NCBI RefSeq assembly: GCF_001194135.2
Contig: NC_068981.1
Coordinates: 167,369,741-167,409,067, forward strand
Length of the DNA stretch: 39,327 nucleotides
Origin: Octopus bimaculoides
Taxonomy: Eukaryota
Reading direction: 5' to 3'
The notes under the pieces: model-generated
Seen by the model: the letters and a program-made list of their open reading frames with translations, nothing else
The model's database searches: none
What the model was told of the DNA's origin: nothing
Part shown: one piece after another, positions 10,880 to 22,630 of the stretch
How the letters are laid out: each line of letters starts with the position of its first letter
Numbering within the stretch: the first letter of the stretch is position 1
Position numbers and translations under genes: made by a program

Positions 10880-11850
10880 TTAATATTTCTAAGTCTCTCT
10901 AATTTTGGGACGGCCATGTTGGCTTGGCGATAACTATATATATATTATTTTATTTAAAAGAGTTCCAGCTCTGTCTGTTTTTTATGTTTTATTTATATTC
11001 TTGTAAAATTAATGTGGGGTATAGAATATGGAATATATAATATATAATATAGAAATGGATGGTACAATGAAATGAAGTATTGAATGTCTTATTGAATATA
11101 TGGTTGCTAGTATTTATCTTATTATTTTTTTATTTTTATTTTTATCTTATGTTATGTTGAGAGGTTGTAGAAGGGCATAAGTGACCTCGTACCACTTATG
11201 ATATAGTCTTCTCCTTACACCTTTTATTTACTGGTTCATTTTCTTCTTTTTTTACGTCTATCCCTGTAACGGTCCTAACTTGCCCTTGGTTTATATATAA
11301 CTGACCAATTGTAGAGATGACTGAACTTTGGTCAATTCCATTACAGATATCAGGTGGTCGATCTCTTGAATATTTCAGTAAGTATACCATTATAAAAACT
11401 CTACGGGTTTGGTTTTGGATAAATATCAATTAGCCCTATTTACGAAATCATAAATATTCTTTTTCTAGACATATTGGCGATTCCTGTTTTACTTTAACAC
11501 TAGTTTTATTTTACTATTATTTATATACCATGGTACCCCTATATAAAGAGATAATCCATAAATTATTTCTCAAGTTCATTTGCTAGTTCACTCTTCTGCC
11601 TATCGACATCAAGCTTCACACTTCAAAATGGCATGATTATAATGTATTGAGTCTTCTGGCCTCGTCTCGAGGCCCTGTTCTTTCCTCTTTCCTCTTCCCT
11701 TCGTTTATTTTATTTTATGTATTTCCATTCACTCTGATGAAGCTCCATGTACTAGATCGAATTTGCTATAAAGATGGTGAATATTATTTTTGGAATTTTC
11801 TATGTCAGCACCAACTGATATTGGCAGCCGAAACGGCCGTAAGAAGTGTT
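10880..11850 (+). mobile_element. Second, highly decayed Penelope-like element 3' part (possible GIY-YIG remnant plus pLTR)
   Basis: Fragments VYI...YKNSTGL (11288-11410) and YRHQ (~11600) resemble the PLE endonuclease end, followed by a hammerhead motif. Boundaries are uncertain. Confidence 0.45.
11730..11848 (+). ncRNA. Hammerhead ribozyme motif with greatly extended stem II
   Basis: CTGATGA 11734-11740; GCT/AGC closing stem II around an ~80-nt insert; GAAA 11830-11833; palindromic CGGCCG then TA; CACT/AGTG available for stem I. Confidence 0.6.
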
Positions 11851-12058
11851 ATGTTTTGTATTAAAACATAATTAACCAGTGTTGATCAATTTTTTTGTTT
11901 ACTGATCAAAAGTTTTCTCAATTTTCTGCTTATATATATATATTTATATACCATTGGTTTCAAGTAGGAAAATATCCTAGTGTCTTATAATTTACAAATA
12001 AAGAAATTATATTCACCAATGCAGTGTTGAGCACTCATTTTCATCGTTCGACATTTAC

Positions 12059-12151
<93 letters not shown>

Positions 12152-12698
12152 TAAATAGAGTCGGGAAGACCGCCGGCACACATGTTAGATAGAGAGGACA
12201 TGTTTATCTTCACTAAATGATCGTACAAAGAGCTCGTCCGTTTCAATGCATAAAGTGATAATGAGCGGACTCTGATCATCAGGAGCAGGTAAATCTTACA
12301 CTTACTGGGTGCGCATGCTCGCAATACATTAGGTAACTGAATTTGTCCGGTGCCACATATTGTATTTAGCAGTGTGTGTACATCATTATTCGTGTGGATA
12401 TTTAACTTTGATGTACACTGGTATTTTTTTGCTAATTAATGTGTTTTATGTATATGGTCACTCCTAGATGAACATGTGAATGCCTTCGTGTGTAGTTAGT
12501 TCAACACTATTGAATTAGTATGCTCGTGGGTGGTTTCCATGACACATAAATAGGTATGTATGTATTCGTATATGTATGAAATCAGGTATGTATTCATATA
12601 TGTATATACGCATATATTCATATATGTATATAAACATATATTTATATAAATATATATATATAATAACATATGTAAAACTTTTACTTAAAAAATATATA

Positions 12699-12738
<40 letters not shown>

Positions 12739-13293
12739 TATGAGTAATAAAGGTAAGTGCAATAGACAATTTATGCGTATGAAGCCATATATAGGCAGAT
12801 ATGAGATAATTCAATAGAGCGCATACTTCCAGCGGGGGTGGAAATGAGAGGAAAGCAACATAAATTGCTAACAGTCTTAACATGATATTTACACTGTAAT
12901 ATAGAAAATCAGGTACCATTTTGAAAGACAAATGAACAGAATTGACTGATTCTTATCATGTAAATCCAATCAACTAATAGAACAGTGGTGCTCTACAAAA
13001 GTTGGTAAACTATTTGAATTCCTTTACAGGATAAATAAAGATGTGGAGTGTGTACGTTTGCACACACACACACACACATACACACACACACACGCACACA
13101 TCTGTACACAAGAATACGTATACATAATACCATCTCAATTCCAACAAAAGAGTTTGGCTTAGCAACACTAAACGAAGTATAAATAAAAAAATATATTGTA
13201 AATTACACTGTCTAAAGATGAGGTTAATAGTCTGAAAATTATATTATCAACAGTAACAATTCTCCGATATTTAAACATTTCACGTTACGCAAC

Positions 13294-13323
13294 ATGTCTG
13301 GTTTATCATCAGCTGAAAATCAG
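13294..13323 (+). CDS. Candidate coding exon 1 of hypothetical 89-aa protein (MSGLSSAENQ)
   Basis: gcaacATG context; donor CAG|gtaaca in phase 0, matching the next exon. The frame is also open back to an acceptor at 13253, so the true start may be further upstream. Confidence 0.35.
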
Positions 13324-13974
13324 GTAACAGAAGTGAACTATCTCCAAACGGGACTCAAATAGAAATTAGATTGTTCGCAGTATAAAATATTAAATTGGTA
13401 TCGAGGGCAGATTTCACAGCCGACAATGATCAATCCAACGGGAGAGAGTCTATGTGATTAAAATATCAGCCAAAATCCTCTCAAGACGCAACATCTGGCC
13501 TAAAATTGTATAGTACAATACTGGGTTCGTTACACAAGAAAAATAATACAAATTTCGCATGGATAGATTTTCTACTCGATCAGGGCGAAACAATAACAAC
13601 ACCAACATTAACAATGATCACTGATTATCTCTCTTGTGGGGCTCCACATTCATAAAATACTTAAATTTCATCGTTGGGGCTAGTCTTCTTGAGTCTATAA
13701 CTCAACTGAAACTCAAAATGGAATATTATTGCCAAATTTAGGTTGGTCTTGCTGGTGTTATACACAAAACTACCTAAACTGCATCAAGATGTCATCATCC
13801 AGTTGATTGAGAAAGACGCACCAATACACATCACAAGGCCAGTAGATGCACTATGACAAATTACTTAACTAAAACTAATTCAATCACTTCTACGTCTTCT
13901 ACTCTACTTAACTAGTGCATACCACATACCCAAAGACCTAAACACACTTGTCTCTCTTTTTCACGTCACTTCTG

Positions 13975-14120
13975 TTGTGTTTCATCCTTCGGGATCATGA
14001 AGGGCAAATGAAGATGAAGAGCAAAATGGACCTCAACGGGATTTCAACTCAGGACGTAAAAAGCCGGAAGAAATGCTTCCTAAGCGTTTTGTCTGACGTG
14101 CTTACGATTCATTCAGCATC
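13975..14120 (-). mobile_element. Degenerate type B SINE fragment
   Basis: Reverse complement of the type B head (gatgaagagcaaaatggacctc..gggatttcaactcaggacgt..aaatgcttcctaagc). Confidence 0.65.
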
Positions 14121-14877
14121 TTTATATATAAAAGATTAAGATTTTAAACTGTCAACAATTTAAGATATTTACGGTCGACAATCTATCAAAGAATAAAGGA
14201 AAAGAACAAAAGATTCGTATTTGACAGCGTTAGCGATTGCACTTAAGAAATTTTGTCTTCTGTTTCCAAACTAAGACTATATAAGGGCAAAGAGGTATAC
14301 ATTTATTCAAGAAAAATGTTGATCGAGTTGAATTCATTAGGCTTTGAGGGAACGTTTTGGGTACATTCCTCTTCTTCCAGGTAAAGCCATCAAGAATAAT
14401 ATTTCGAACTGCTTAATCGTCAGTGTAAATTATATTTAATTCATATCCGTGTGATCGATTTTCGTGAGGGACATTGAATTTAAGTGTGAAACTTGACTAT
14501 GCTAAACATTAATAGAATAGCATTTTACCTGAGTCTTAACTGATTACGGAATTATCACTGATCATCATGTGATATATGATGTGGTAGAACTGCTAGTTTA
14601 TACCAGTAAAACATTTGTATAACTTTCTGTTAGCGGAGCCGGGTGGCAGAGTTCTTTTGGTGTAATTGATGGCCTATGGTATTATAGGTGCGAGGATCGT
14701 GTCTTGTAGAGAGCCTGCATTTTGTTTTGACTGTCATAGATTGATACTTGTAAATACATTACATAATGTATATTTTGAAGTTTAAACGTCAAATAAGAAC
14801 TCAGACACACACACACACACACGCACACGCACACGCACACACACACACACACACACATACACACACACACATATATA

Positions 14878-15077
14878 TTTTATCGTTTACTTGTTTCAGT
14901 CATTTAACTGCAGCTATGCAGGGGCACCGCCTTGAAGAATTTATAGTCGAATGTATCGACCCTGGGATTTTTTTGGAGCCTGGTACTCATTCTATCGAAT
15001 ACTTTCACCAAACAGTTAAGCCATGGGGATGTAAACACACGAACACCGGTTGTCAAGCAGTGATGGAGGAGGTTAAA

Positions 15078-15109
<32 letters not shown>

Positions 15110-15230
15110 NNNNNNNNNNNNNNNNNNNNNNNNNNNNNNNNNNNNNNNNNNNNNNNNNNNNNNNNNNNNNNNNNNNNNNNNAGACACACACACACACACA
15201 CGCACACGCACACGCACACACACACACACA

Positions 15231-15265
<35 letters not shown>

Positions 15266-15418
15266 GACGGTTTCTGTCTACCAAATCCACTCACAAAGCT
15301 TTGGTCGGCCCGAGGCTATAGTAGAAGACATTTGCTTAAGGTGCAACGCAGTGAGGCTGAACTCGGAACCATATGGTTGGGAAGCAAGCTTCTTACAACA
15401 CAGCTACGCCTGCGCCTA
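14878..15418 (-). mobile_element. Full-length type A SINE with internal (CA)n expansion and N gap
   Basis: From tttatcgtttacttgtttcagtcattt through gctatagtagaagac to cacagctacgcctgcgcc; microsatellite at 15079-15266. Confidence 0.9.
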
Positions 15419-15629
15419 TATATAATTATGTAGGGTGTGTATATATGAGTGTGCATTTGAAGTATTATACATACGTAAGTTGAGATTTTTATACAGGGGA
15501 TAACCAATGACATTTGACCTAACATTTCACGTTTATCAAATTTGCCTGTTTCTTAGCTTTCACTTGTTGCACTCATTAGACTGCCGAACGAATCGACCTT
15601 AGTACGTATTGAATCCTTTTTTAAAGCCT

Positions 15630-16110
15630 GATACTTATTTTATCGTTTACTTTTGCCGAAAATATATCAACGCTGGTTATTAAGAGATGGTTATTAAGCA
15701 GTGTGTGTAAGTTTCCATGTACCAAATCCACTGACAGTGATGGCGCGTGGTTTAGTGGTTAGGGTGTTGGACTCATGATCGTAAGATTGTGGTTTCGATT
15801 TCTGTACCGGGCAACGCGTTGTTTTCTTGAGCAAAACACTTCATTTCTAGTTGCTCCAGTCCAGCCAACTGGCAAAAATGAGTGACTCTGCAACTGACCG
15901 GCGTCACGTCCAGGTGGGGAATTCATACGCCATAGAAATCAGGAAACCGACCCTAATGAGTCGGTATGACCCGAGAAGGTATCTTTACCTTCACTTTTAA
16001 ATCCACTCACAAGGGTTTGTTCAGTCCAACGCTATAGTAGAATTCACCCGCCTAAGGTGCCACGCTCTGGGACTAAAGCTGGAAACATGTGGCAGAGGGT
16101 CAAACTTCTT
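15630..16110 (-). mobile_element. Old type A SINE interrupted by a nested type C SINE
   Basis: Type A pieces on both sides; aaatccact(g/c)aca duplicated at 15724-15736 and 15999-16011. Confidence 0.65.
15742..15990 (+). mobile_element. tRNA-derived SINE, type C
   Basis: Head ggcgcgtggtttagtggttaggg (A box) and gtttcgatt (B box); central gttgctccagtcca..ctggcaaaaatgagt shared with the copy at 37935-38234. Confidence 0.85.
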
Positions 16111-16339
16111 ACCAAACTTCTTAAGGGTCAAAACATCTTACCTGCAGGATAGAATGTGGTTTCGATTTTTGTCTGAAGTTATTTAGTTTATGGCAATGCT
16201 GCTTAAAAAAATTATTATTTTGACAGATAAAGTAATAAGACGGGAATTTAGAAAAATAAATACAGAAAAGCGTTTTATACGAAATATTAAATAATAAACT
16301 GGATTTTAACCTCTATCAGAACGGCTGATTAAAAATTAT

Positions 16340-16343
16340 TCGC

Positions 16344-16379
<36 letters not shown>

Positions 16380-16403
16380 NNNNNNNNNNATAGAGAGAGA
16401 GTT

Positions 16404-16446
<43 letters not shown>

Positions 16447-16662
16447 GAGAGAAATGGTGAGAGGGAACGGGAGAGAGAAAGTGAAAGAAAGTGAGAGAGA
16501 GAGAGAGGTGAGAGAGATAAATGGAGAGAGAGAGAGAGAAAAGAAAGAAAGGGAGAGAGAGAAATGGTGGTAGAGAACGGGTGAGAGGGAAAGTGAGAGG
16601 GAGAAAGTGAAAGACAGAGAGGGAGAGAGAAGGAGTGAGAGAGAGGAAGAGAGAGACACACA
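16340..16662. repeat. GA-rich microsatellite and low-complexity tract
   Basis: Directly visible. Confidence 0.9.
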
Positions 16663-17033
16663 GAGATTAAGCGATATAAAGATAATGGTGGTGAGGAGAT
16701 GGAAGTGAAACTGACGGAGATTGCTTACTCCTAATGATTAATCTGATAGAATTTTAACTAGGATTAGTGTTAGAATTAAGATTTCTCTTCTCTTTTTATT
16801 CTTCCAATCGTCTTTTCTACTTCTTTGTCTTTGTCGCTATCTTTATCACTATATCTATAATGTCCTTTTACTACACCCACGCACAAAACACACACACACG
16901 CATACATACATACATACATACATACATACATACATACATACATACATACATACATACATACATGTATTTAACTGTGGGGAATTATGTTTTAAAATAAAAT
17001 AGTCTCGTATAACACTCCTTAGCCTTATATCAG

Positions 17034-17140
17034 ACAGGCGAGTTTGATATTGATGAAAGTCTTCGCGAAAGAGAGCGAGAGTCGGGGCAGAGAAAGAGAC
17101 AGAATAGTCTGGACAATGTAGTGGCTAGTAATGAAGCGCA
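17034..17140 (+). CDS. Candidate coding exon 2 (TGEFDIDESLRERERESGQRKRQNSLDNVVASNEA)
   Basis: Acceptor ccttatatcag|, donor CA|gtaagt, phase 0 to 2; the only open frame across the exon. A minus-strand ORF (17030-17260) overlaps it, so the strand is not proven. Confidence 0.45.
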
Positions 17141-17404
17141 GTAAGTAAGGTTGAACAAAATACTGTCTGGACTAGCCTTTGGGTTGGAATGATCGAAGAT
17201 TGGAATGATCGAGCGAGTTTTCGCCCGTTGTAGACTATGTGTATCATTTGGTTGGATCACTAAGAGATGTAGATAATAATCAGATATTTGGATGAGTTTT
17301 GTTGAGTGGATTCAGTGTCAAGTTATTAACTCCAAATCAAGCCTCATCAAAGGCAATCCAGTCATAAACTTACCTCGTATTTTAAGAGTATTCTTTTATT
17401 CTTT

Positions 17405-17757
17405 TATTTCTTTCAGTCATTTGACTGCGACCATGCTGGAGCACCGCCTTGAAGGGTTTTAGTCGAACAAATCGACCCCAGGATTTATTCTTTGTAAGCC
17501 TAGTACTTATTCTATCGGTCTCTTTTGCCAAACCACTATATTACGGGGACATAAACACACCAGCATCGGTTGTCAAGCGATGGTGGTGGGAAGGACACAG
17601 ATACACAGACACAAACAGACATACACACATACATATGACGGGCTTCTTTCAGTTTCCGTCTACCAAATCCACTCACAAGGTCTTGGTCGGCTCGAGGCTA
17701 TAGTAGAAGACACTTGCCCAAGGTGTCACACATTGGGACTGAACCCAGAACCGTGTG
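17405..17757 (-). mobile_element. Type A SINE, near full length
   Basis: tttcagtcatttgactgcgaccatgctggagcaccgccttg..gctatagtagaagacacttgcccaaggtg..gggactgaacccagaacc. Confidence 0.9.
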
Positions 17758-18607
17758 GGCCTGTCTAGAATATATTTAAGAAGCTGGGGAGCAATATTTG
17801 AGGGAAATTTGGTTGCTATTTCTAGAAGTACCACGTGGGAACTCCCCATCTTGGTTCAAATGATGTGTAATTGGAATCAAAGCAATCAGCAATTGTAAAG
17901 GGTTATTCAGCGAGTGTGCTACTGTCTTGAGACATCTTGATTGAAAAGTGGTGAGTCGGACAAATAAGTAAAGTTAATGCAAGTCCAGAAGGTTAGAAAA
18001 TCATGCTGTAATTTACTGCAGAACAATAGTAAACATTTAGAGAATCTAGTTCAAGAATTGGTTTTGATTCTTGGCTGTAGCCATTCTACATCACTTCATT
18101 TACATCGGTAATATACATAGAATAGTTCTGAATTTACATAATCCCATTTATTTTCTCTTACACTTATATAAAAACAGCAACAACAACGATTTCATCATCA
18201 ACAATAGCAACAACAACAAATCAATAACAGAGCGAGTTCTTAAAATTCTGTAAATGTAATCATTCTATAGACACCGCCGAAATAATTTTCGGATTTAATG
18301 GAAGAAAAGCACGCAGTGAAGTTTCTATCGTAGGTAAAGGTTTATGTATACAGAACAGGATAGATAATCTTTTAAATCGACTCCATGTGGTCACTCTATT
18401 GATTACAGATCAAAGTTCTACATATAATACCAATTACTCTAAGAATTGAAGAGCAAAGCACGAAATGGACATGAAGTTTATGTGACTTAAGTAAAGCGAT
18501 GTTGTTTAATGAATATGAGACATTTATTCACAAAACATTTATTCAATAAATGAGACAGGGTGAAAAGGATTGTCAGATATATAAATAATTAAATAGATAG
18601 GTAGATG

Positions 18608-18695
<88 letters not shown>

Positions 18696-19279
18696 GAGAG
18701 AGAAGAAGGAGAGAAAGAAAAAGAGAGGGAAGAGGCGGTGGAGGAGGGATAGGAGAAAAAAGAGATAAAATATCACTAAAGAAAATAGTAGCAAACCTCA
18801 TAGGAAAGAATTTATTTCACGATTAGTTGAGTCCGAAGACCTGGTTTCGGTTTCTGAAGCATTCAGATCATGTTCACTTTGTGGGTGGTGTTGCTGTTGT
18901 TTAGCAACCCTCTACAAGTCGTACGTACCTATTCGGGCAGGCTTACGATCAAAGACATTCAATGCATAACCACCTCTAAGGTTTTTCCGGAATACTGTGT
19001 TCCGGTCTACATCATATAATATATATCGTTAGATGAGTATGAGACGTCTTGATACAACTGTTTTGGCGCTGTCTCTTAGGCGTCGCTGATTCGGTGCTGA
19101 CTTATTTGACATTAGATCTTTTAATGTTTCCTTCATTCTCACTGTGTTTAGTGTGTGAGCACACATAAACATATTTCTCTTCGTGTGCAAGAGGAAACGG
19201 AGGGAAAGGGTTTATGTAAATCATGTTCAATAAATCAATTGTAACGTTTCTTTCACTCTCTCTATGTGCATGAATATAT

Positions 19280-19511
19280 TTATTTCTTTACTGCCCACAA
19301 GGGGCTACACACAGAGGAGACAAACAAGGACAGACAAACGGATTAAGTCGATCATATCGACCCCAGTGCGTAACTGGTACTTATTTAATCGACCCCGAAA
19401 GGATGAAAGGCAAAGTCGACCTCGGCGGAATTTGAACTCAGAACGTAGCGGCAGACGAAATACCGCTAAGCATTTCGCCCGGCGTGTTTACGTCTCTGCC
19501 AGCTCACCGCC
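19280..19511 (-). mobile_element. Type B SINE, young-looking
   Basis: Close reverse complement of the 34911-35115 copy; intact A and B boxes. Confidence 0.9.
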
Positions 19512-19534
19512 TCATGTATATATTTGTGTGTATT

Positions 19535-19567
<33 letters not shown>

Positions 19568-19571
19568 TATA

Positions 19572-19644
<73 letters not shown>

Positions 19645-19650
19645 ATATAT

Positions 19651-19808
19651 ACTTGTTTTGGTAACAGTACGTTTTTGCCCTGGACACACACACAAACATA
19701 TGCACACACACAACACATACACACACAAATACGCACTTACACACATGCACGACACAAATAAATATATATGTGTCTCCAGGGCAAAAACGTACTGTTACCA
19801 AAACAAGT
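19651..19808. repeat. Perfect 34-bp inverted repeat around a CA-rich spacer
   Basis: 19651-19684 is the exact reverse complement of 19775-19808. Confidence 0.95.
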
Positions 19809-20084
19809 CGAAAGTCCAGTCAGCTGTGCCAAATCGTTACCAACCTAAACAGCCACACTCAAGCATCTTCTGTCGTTAGTGTATACTTAGTGGACCCGCA
19901 CGAGTGACGTTGATGAGATGGACTAGAGATGACTATATTCTGAGTATATTGACCATGAACAGAGCTAGAGAACTACATAAACTTATCTCTATAATCTTAC
20001 GTAATATCCATTAATTACGCAGTTCTCATGATCTTTACAATATAAACTCTAATGCAGTTACTGTATCTACTTAGTGGGCGTAAG

Positions 20085-20205
20085 TATGGTTGCGTGGCTT
20101 ATGAATTTGCTTTACAACTACGTGGCATCTTGTTCGATCCCACTACATGGCACCTTAGGTAAGTTTCTTCTACCATAGCCCGAGAGTGACAAAAGCCTTG
20201 TGAGT
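20085..20205 (+). mobile_element. Degenerate type A SINE head
   Basis: gcgtggc..gttcgatcccactacatggcaccttaggtaagtttcttctaccatagccc..aagccttgtgagt. Confidence 0.7.
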
Positions 20206-20815
20206 TCATATCCTTGGATAGTAGACTTCACCTGTTGGCCTACTTTATCAATCTCACCTAGTCTTTAGGTGTCTTAGAGGAATCCATTCTGTTGCAAGTA
20301 TTCGGGTTAGATTTCCGGTCTGAGGATAATTTCGTATTTTATTCCTATTTAATTTCGGACGCCCAGAAAAGGGGTATAGGGCCTGAGATCCCTTCTGTGA
20401 TAAAGCTATTAAAAACATCATATACAAACTGTCGAATCAAGCTAATGAAAGTTGTCTTAGCCAAGGACACAGCATCTTGCCGAGGTGGTGAAACAAATAA
20501 TTGACTCAATGCTCGATATATAAAAACCACATTGACTTCGTCACTTGCTTCTCTATAATTTAATATCAACTTATAACTAGTTCACTTCAGTTATAGTACT
20601 AACACCTTTGGTTGAGCTATGTGTCTTGCATTTCACCATCTTTTATTCCTCTGAAATCTGACTTTTATATTCAAGTAAAAATGTAAGCATAAATTAAACT
20701 TGAAGTTTGTATAGCGTTTTCTGGCTTACTGCTTCCTTAATAAACTTTTTGCTTATATTTGAAACTATTTCAGTTTATTTACTTGAGCAGTGCCAAAGTA
20801 AAATTTGTAACTTTA

Positions 20816-20892
<77 letters not shown>

Positions 20893-22474
20893 CTTGTATA
20901 AATCTGAAGTTATACGCTTTCATACGAGGGTAATATTGATCTCATTTTAGGCACAAAGACAATTAACTTTTCTTTCTACCTCGGGATAATGAAAATATAA
21001 GTTGACCTCGTTGGGAACTTAACCCAGGGCGTAGTGAAACAAAACATAATATGAGTTTTAGTCTGGTTCTTAATAAAAAAATAATTGTCAAGACACCTCT
21101 AAACTAATAGTTATCAAGACTTGGGAAAATGAAAGGAGATTCGTCAATGGTGATATTTGAACTCAGAGCACTGATCATCATACATGGCATGCGTCATACA
21201 AAAATAAATGCTAAGCCAGTTTTATATGTTCAGAGTAAAAAAGCGACAACTTGGACAAGAGTATGTTACAGTATGTAGTTGAAAAGTACGTACGTAGCTG
21301 TCTTAAAGAAATATTGAATTTTTGTCTACTTGTTGCAATCTCTCAGCTTGTCCAACTGTCCATCACTTCTGTCCCTCGTTCTATTTATGTTAGTTTTAGG
21401 TCGACTGTACTTGTTGAGCCAACCGATTTAATCCATAGTGTAATTTAAACCATTATTTGACAGGGTCACTTCTGTTAGAAACATTCAGACCAGCTCTCTT
21501 GTTATTCTAATGTACTGACTCCAACTGGTTTCTTTATTCCATTTCTTAACCAGTCTTGAAAATCCAGTGAAAAGTCAAGGTTATCCCTCCTCTTCATCAG
21601 ACCTCGTTTGGCTAAGCCATAAAACGTTTTGATATGTATAAGTATACCTTTGTCTTATCTAGGAGTCGTGTACAAGTATTTCGGCTGTAACTAGAATATA
21701 TTTTGTATCTCTATGAACCAAAAATCACAGACGACAGTCCAGATACTGGCACGAGTTATCGGATTTTCCAAAATATAAATTAAGAAAAGTAAACAGTCTG
21801 GTAATAAAAATATGTTTGTTAGATAAGTCAGCGCGTAGAATATTTGTCAAATACCTGAAAACATTAAATAATTGAAATGAACTGAACTAACACCATAGGA
21901 AATGTGTATCTCAAAGATAGAATACAAAACGTTACCGTTGTATGGCAGAAACGTTCCAATCAACAAAACATCACGATAAAAGTCTTGGAGATTGAAAATG
22001 TCTCAAACACAAGCTATGTCAACAGTAGGAGTTAGTATTTCAGCACAACATTGTTGGTTTCCCATTTAAATAAAACAGACATAAGATTGGTTTTATAACC
22101 GGTTGTAAGTCACAGGCAGTGTATTCAATCCGTCATTCGGTTTAACAATATCACCTGAATCCTGAGTGCTTTTAGGAAATTTAGTCTATTGCGAGCAGTC
22201 GGGTCAAGTATCCAGTACGAAGATGACCCATGTGAAATCGTCTCCTCCCATTGCTTTTACCAGTCTTGGACATAAAAATGTTATAGCTATGTATGTATGT
22301 ATGTATGTATGTATGTATGTATGTATGACGCAGACATATATATATATATGTGTATGAATGTATATGTATACATATGTGTATATCTGTCGGTATTCATACA
22401 TGCATGCATACATACATACATTCATACATACATACATACATACATACATACATACATACATACATAAACACACT

Positions 22475-22630
22475 CACGAAGGCTTCCACACTTCCAGTCT
22501 ACTAACTTTCACTCATAAACTATAGGCCAACCCAAAATGATAGAAGAAAAAAAATTACCCAATGTACAATGCAGAGATCGAATCCAAGACCACGTGATTA
22601 TAATGCAAACTTCTCAACCGCACAGTCATG
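22475..22630 (-). mobile_element. Highly degenerate type A SINE
   Basis: gaaggcttccacac..ccagtctactaactttcactcataa..gatcgaatccaagaccacgtg..aaacttctcaaccgcacagtc. Confidence 0.55.

Noticed and set aside
15742-15815. tRNA-like heads here and at the other SINE copies
   Set aside because: They have A/B boxes but no complete cloverleaf and continue into shared SINE bodies, so they are not tRNA genes.
18890-19020. Open frame after an acceptor-like gttgtttag (HNPLQVVRTYSGRLTIKDIQ...)
   Set aside because: It resembles a decayed interspersed repeat also seen near 8040-8090 and has no good donor.
20256-20569. Three overlapping open frames (plus MQVFGLDF..., minus REASDEV..., minus KGSQALYPF...)
   Set aside because: I cannot choose a frame, none chains into a consistent model and none has a known domain. 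Only the 31-nt homology is kept as a finding.
21502-21624. Minus frame FYGLAKRGLMKRR..., neuropeptide-precursor-like dibasic sites
   Set aside because: An in-frame stop lies shortly upstream, there is no signal peptide, FxGLM is not intact and there is no amidating Gly before KR.
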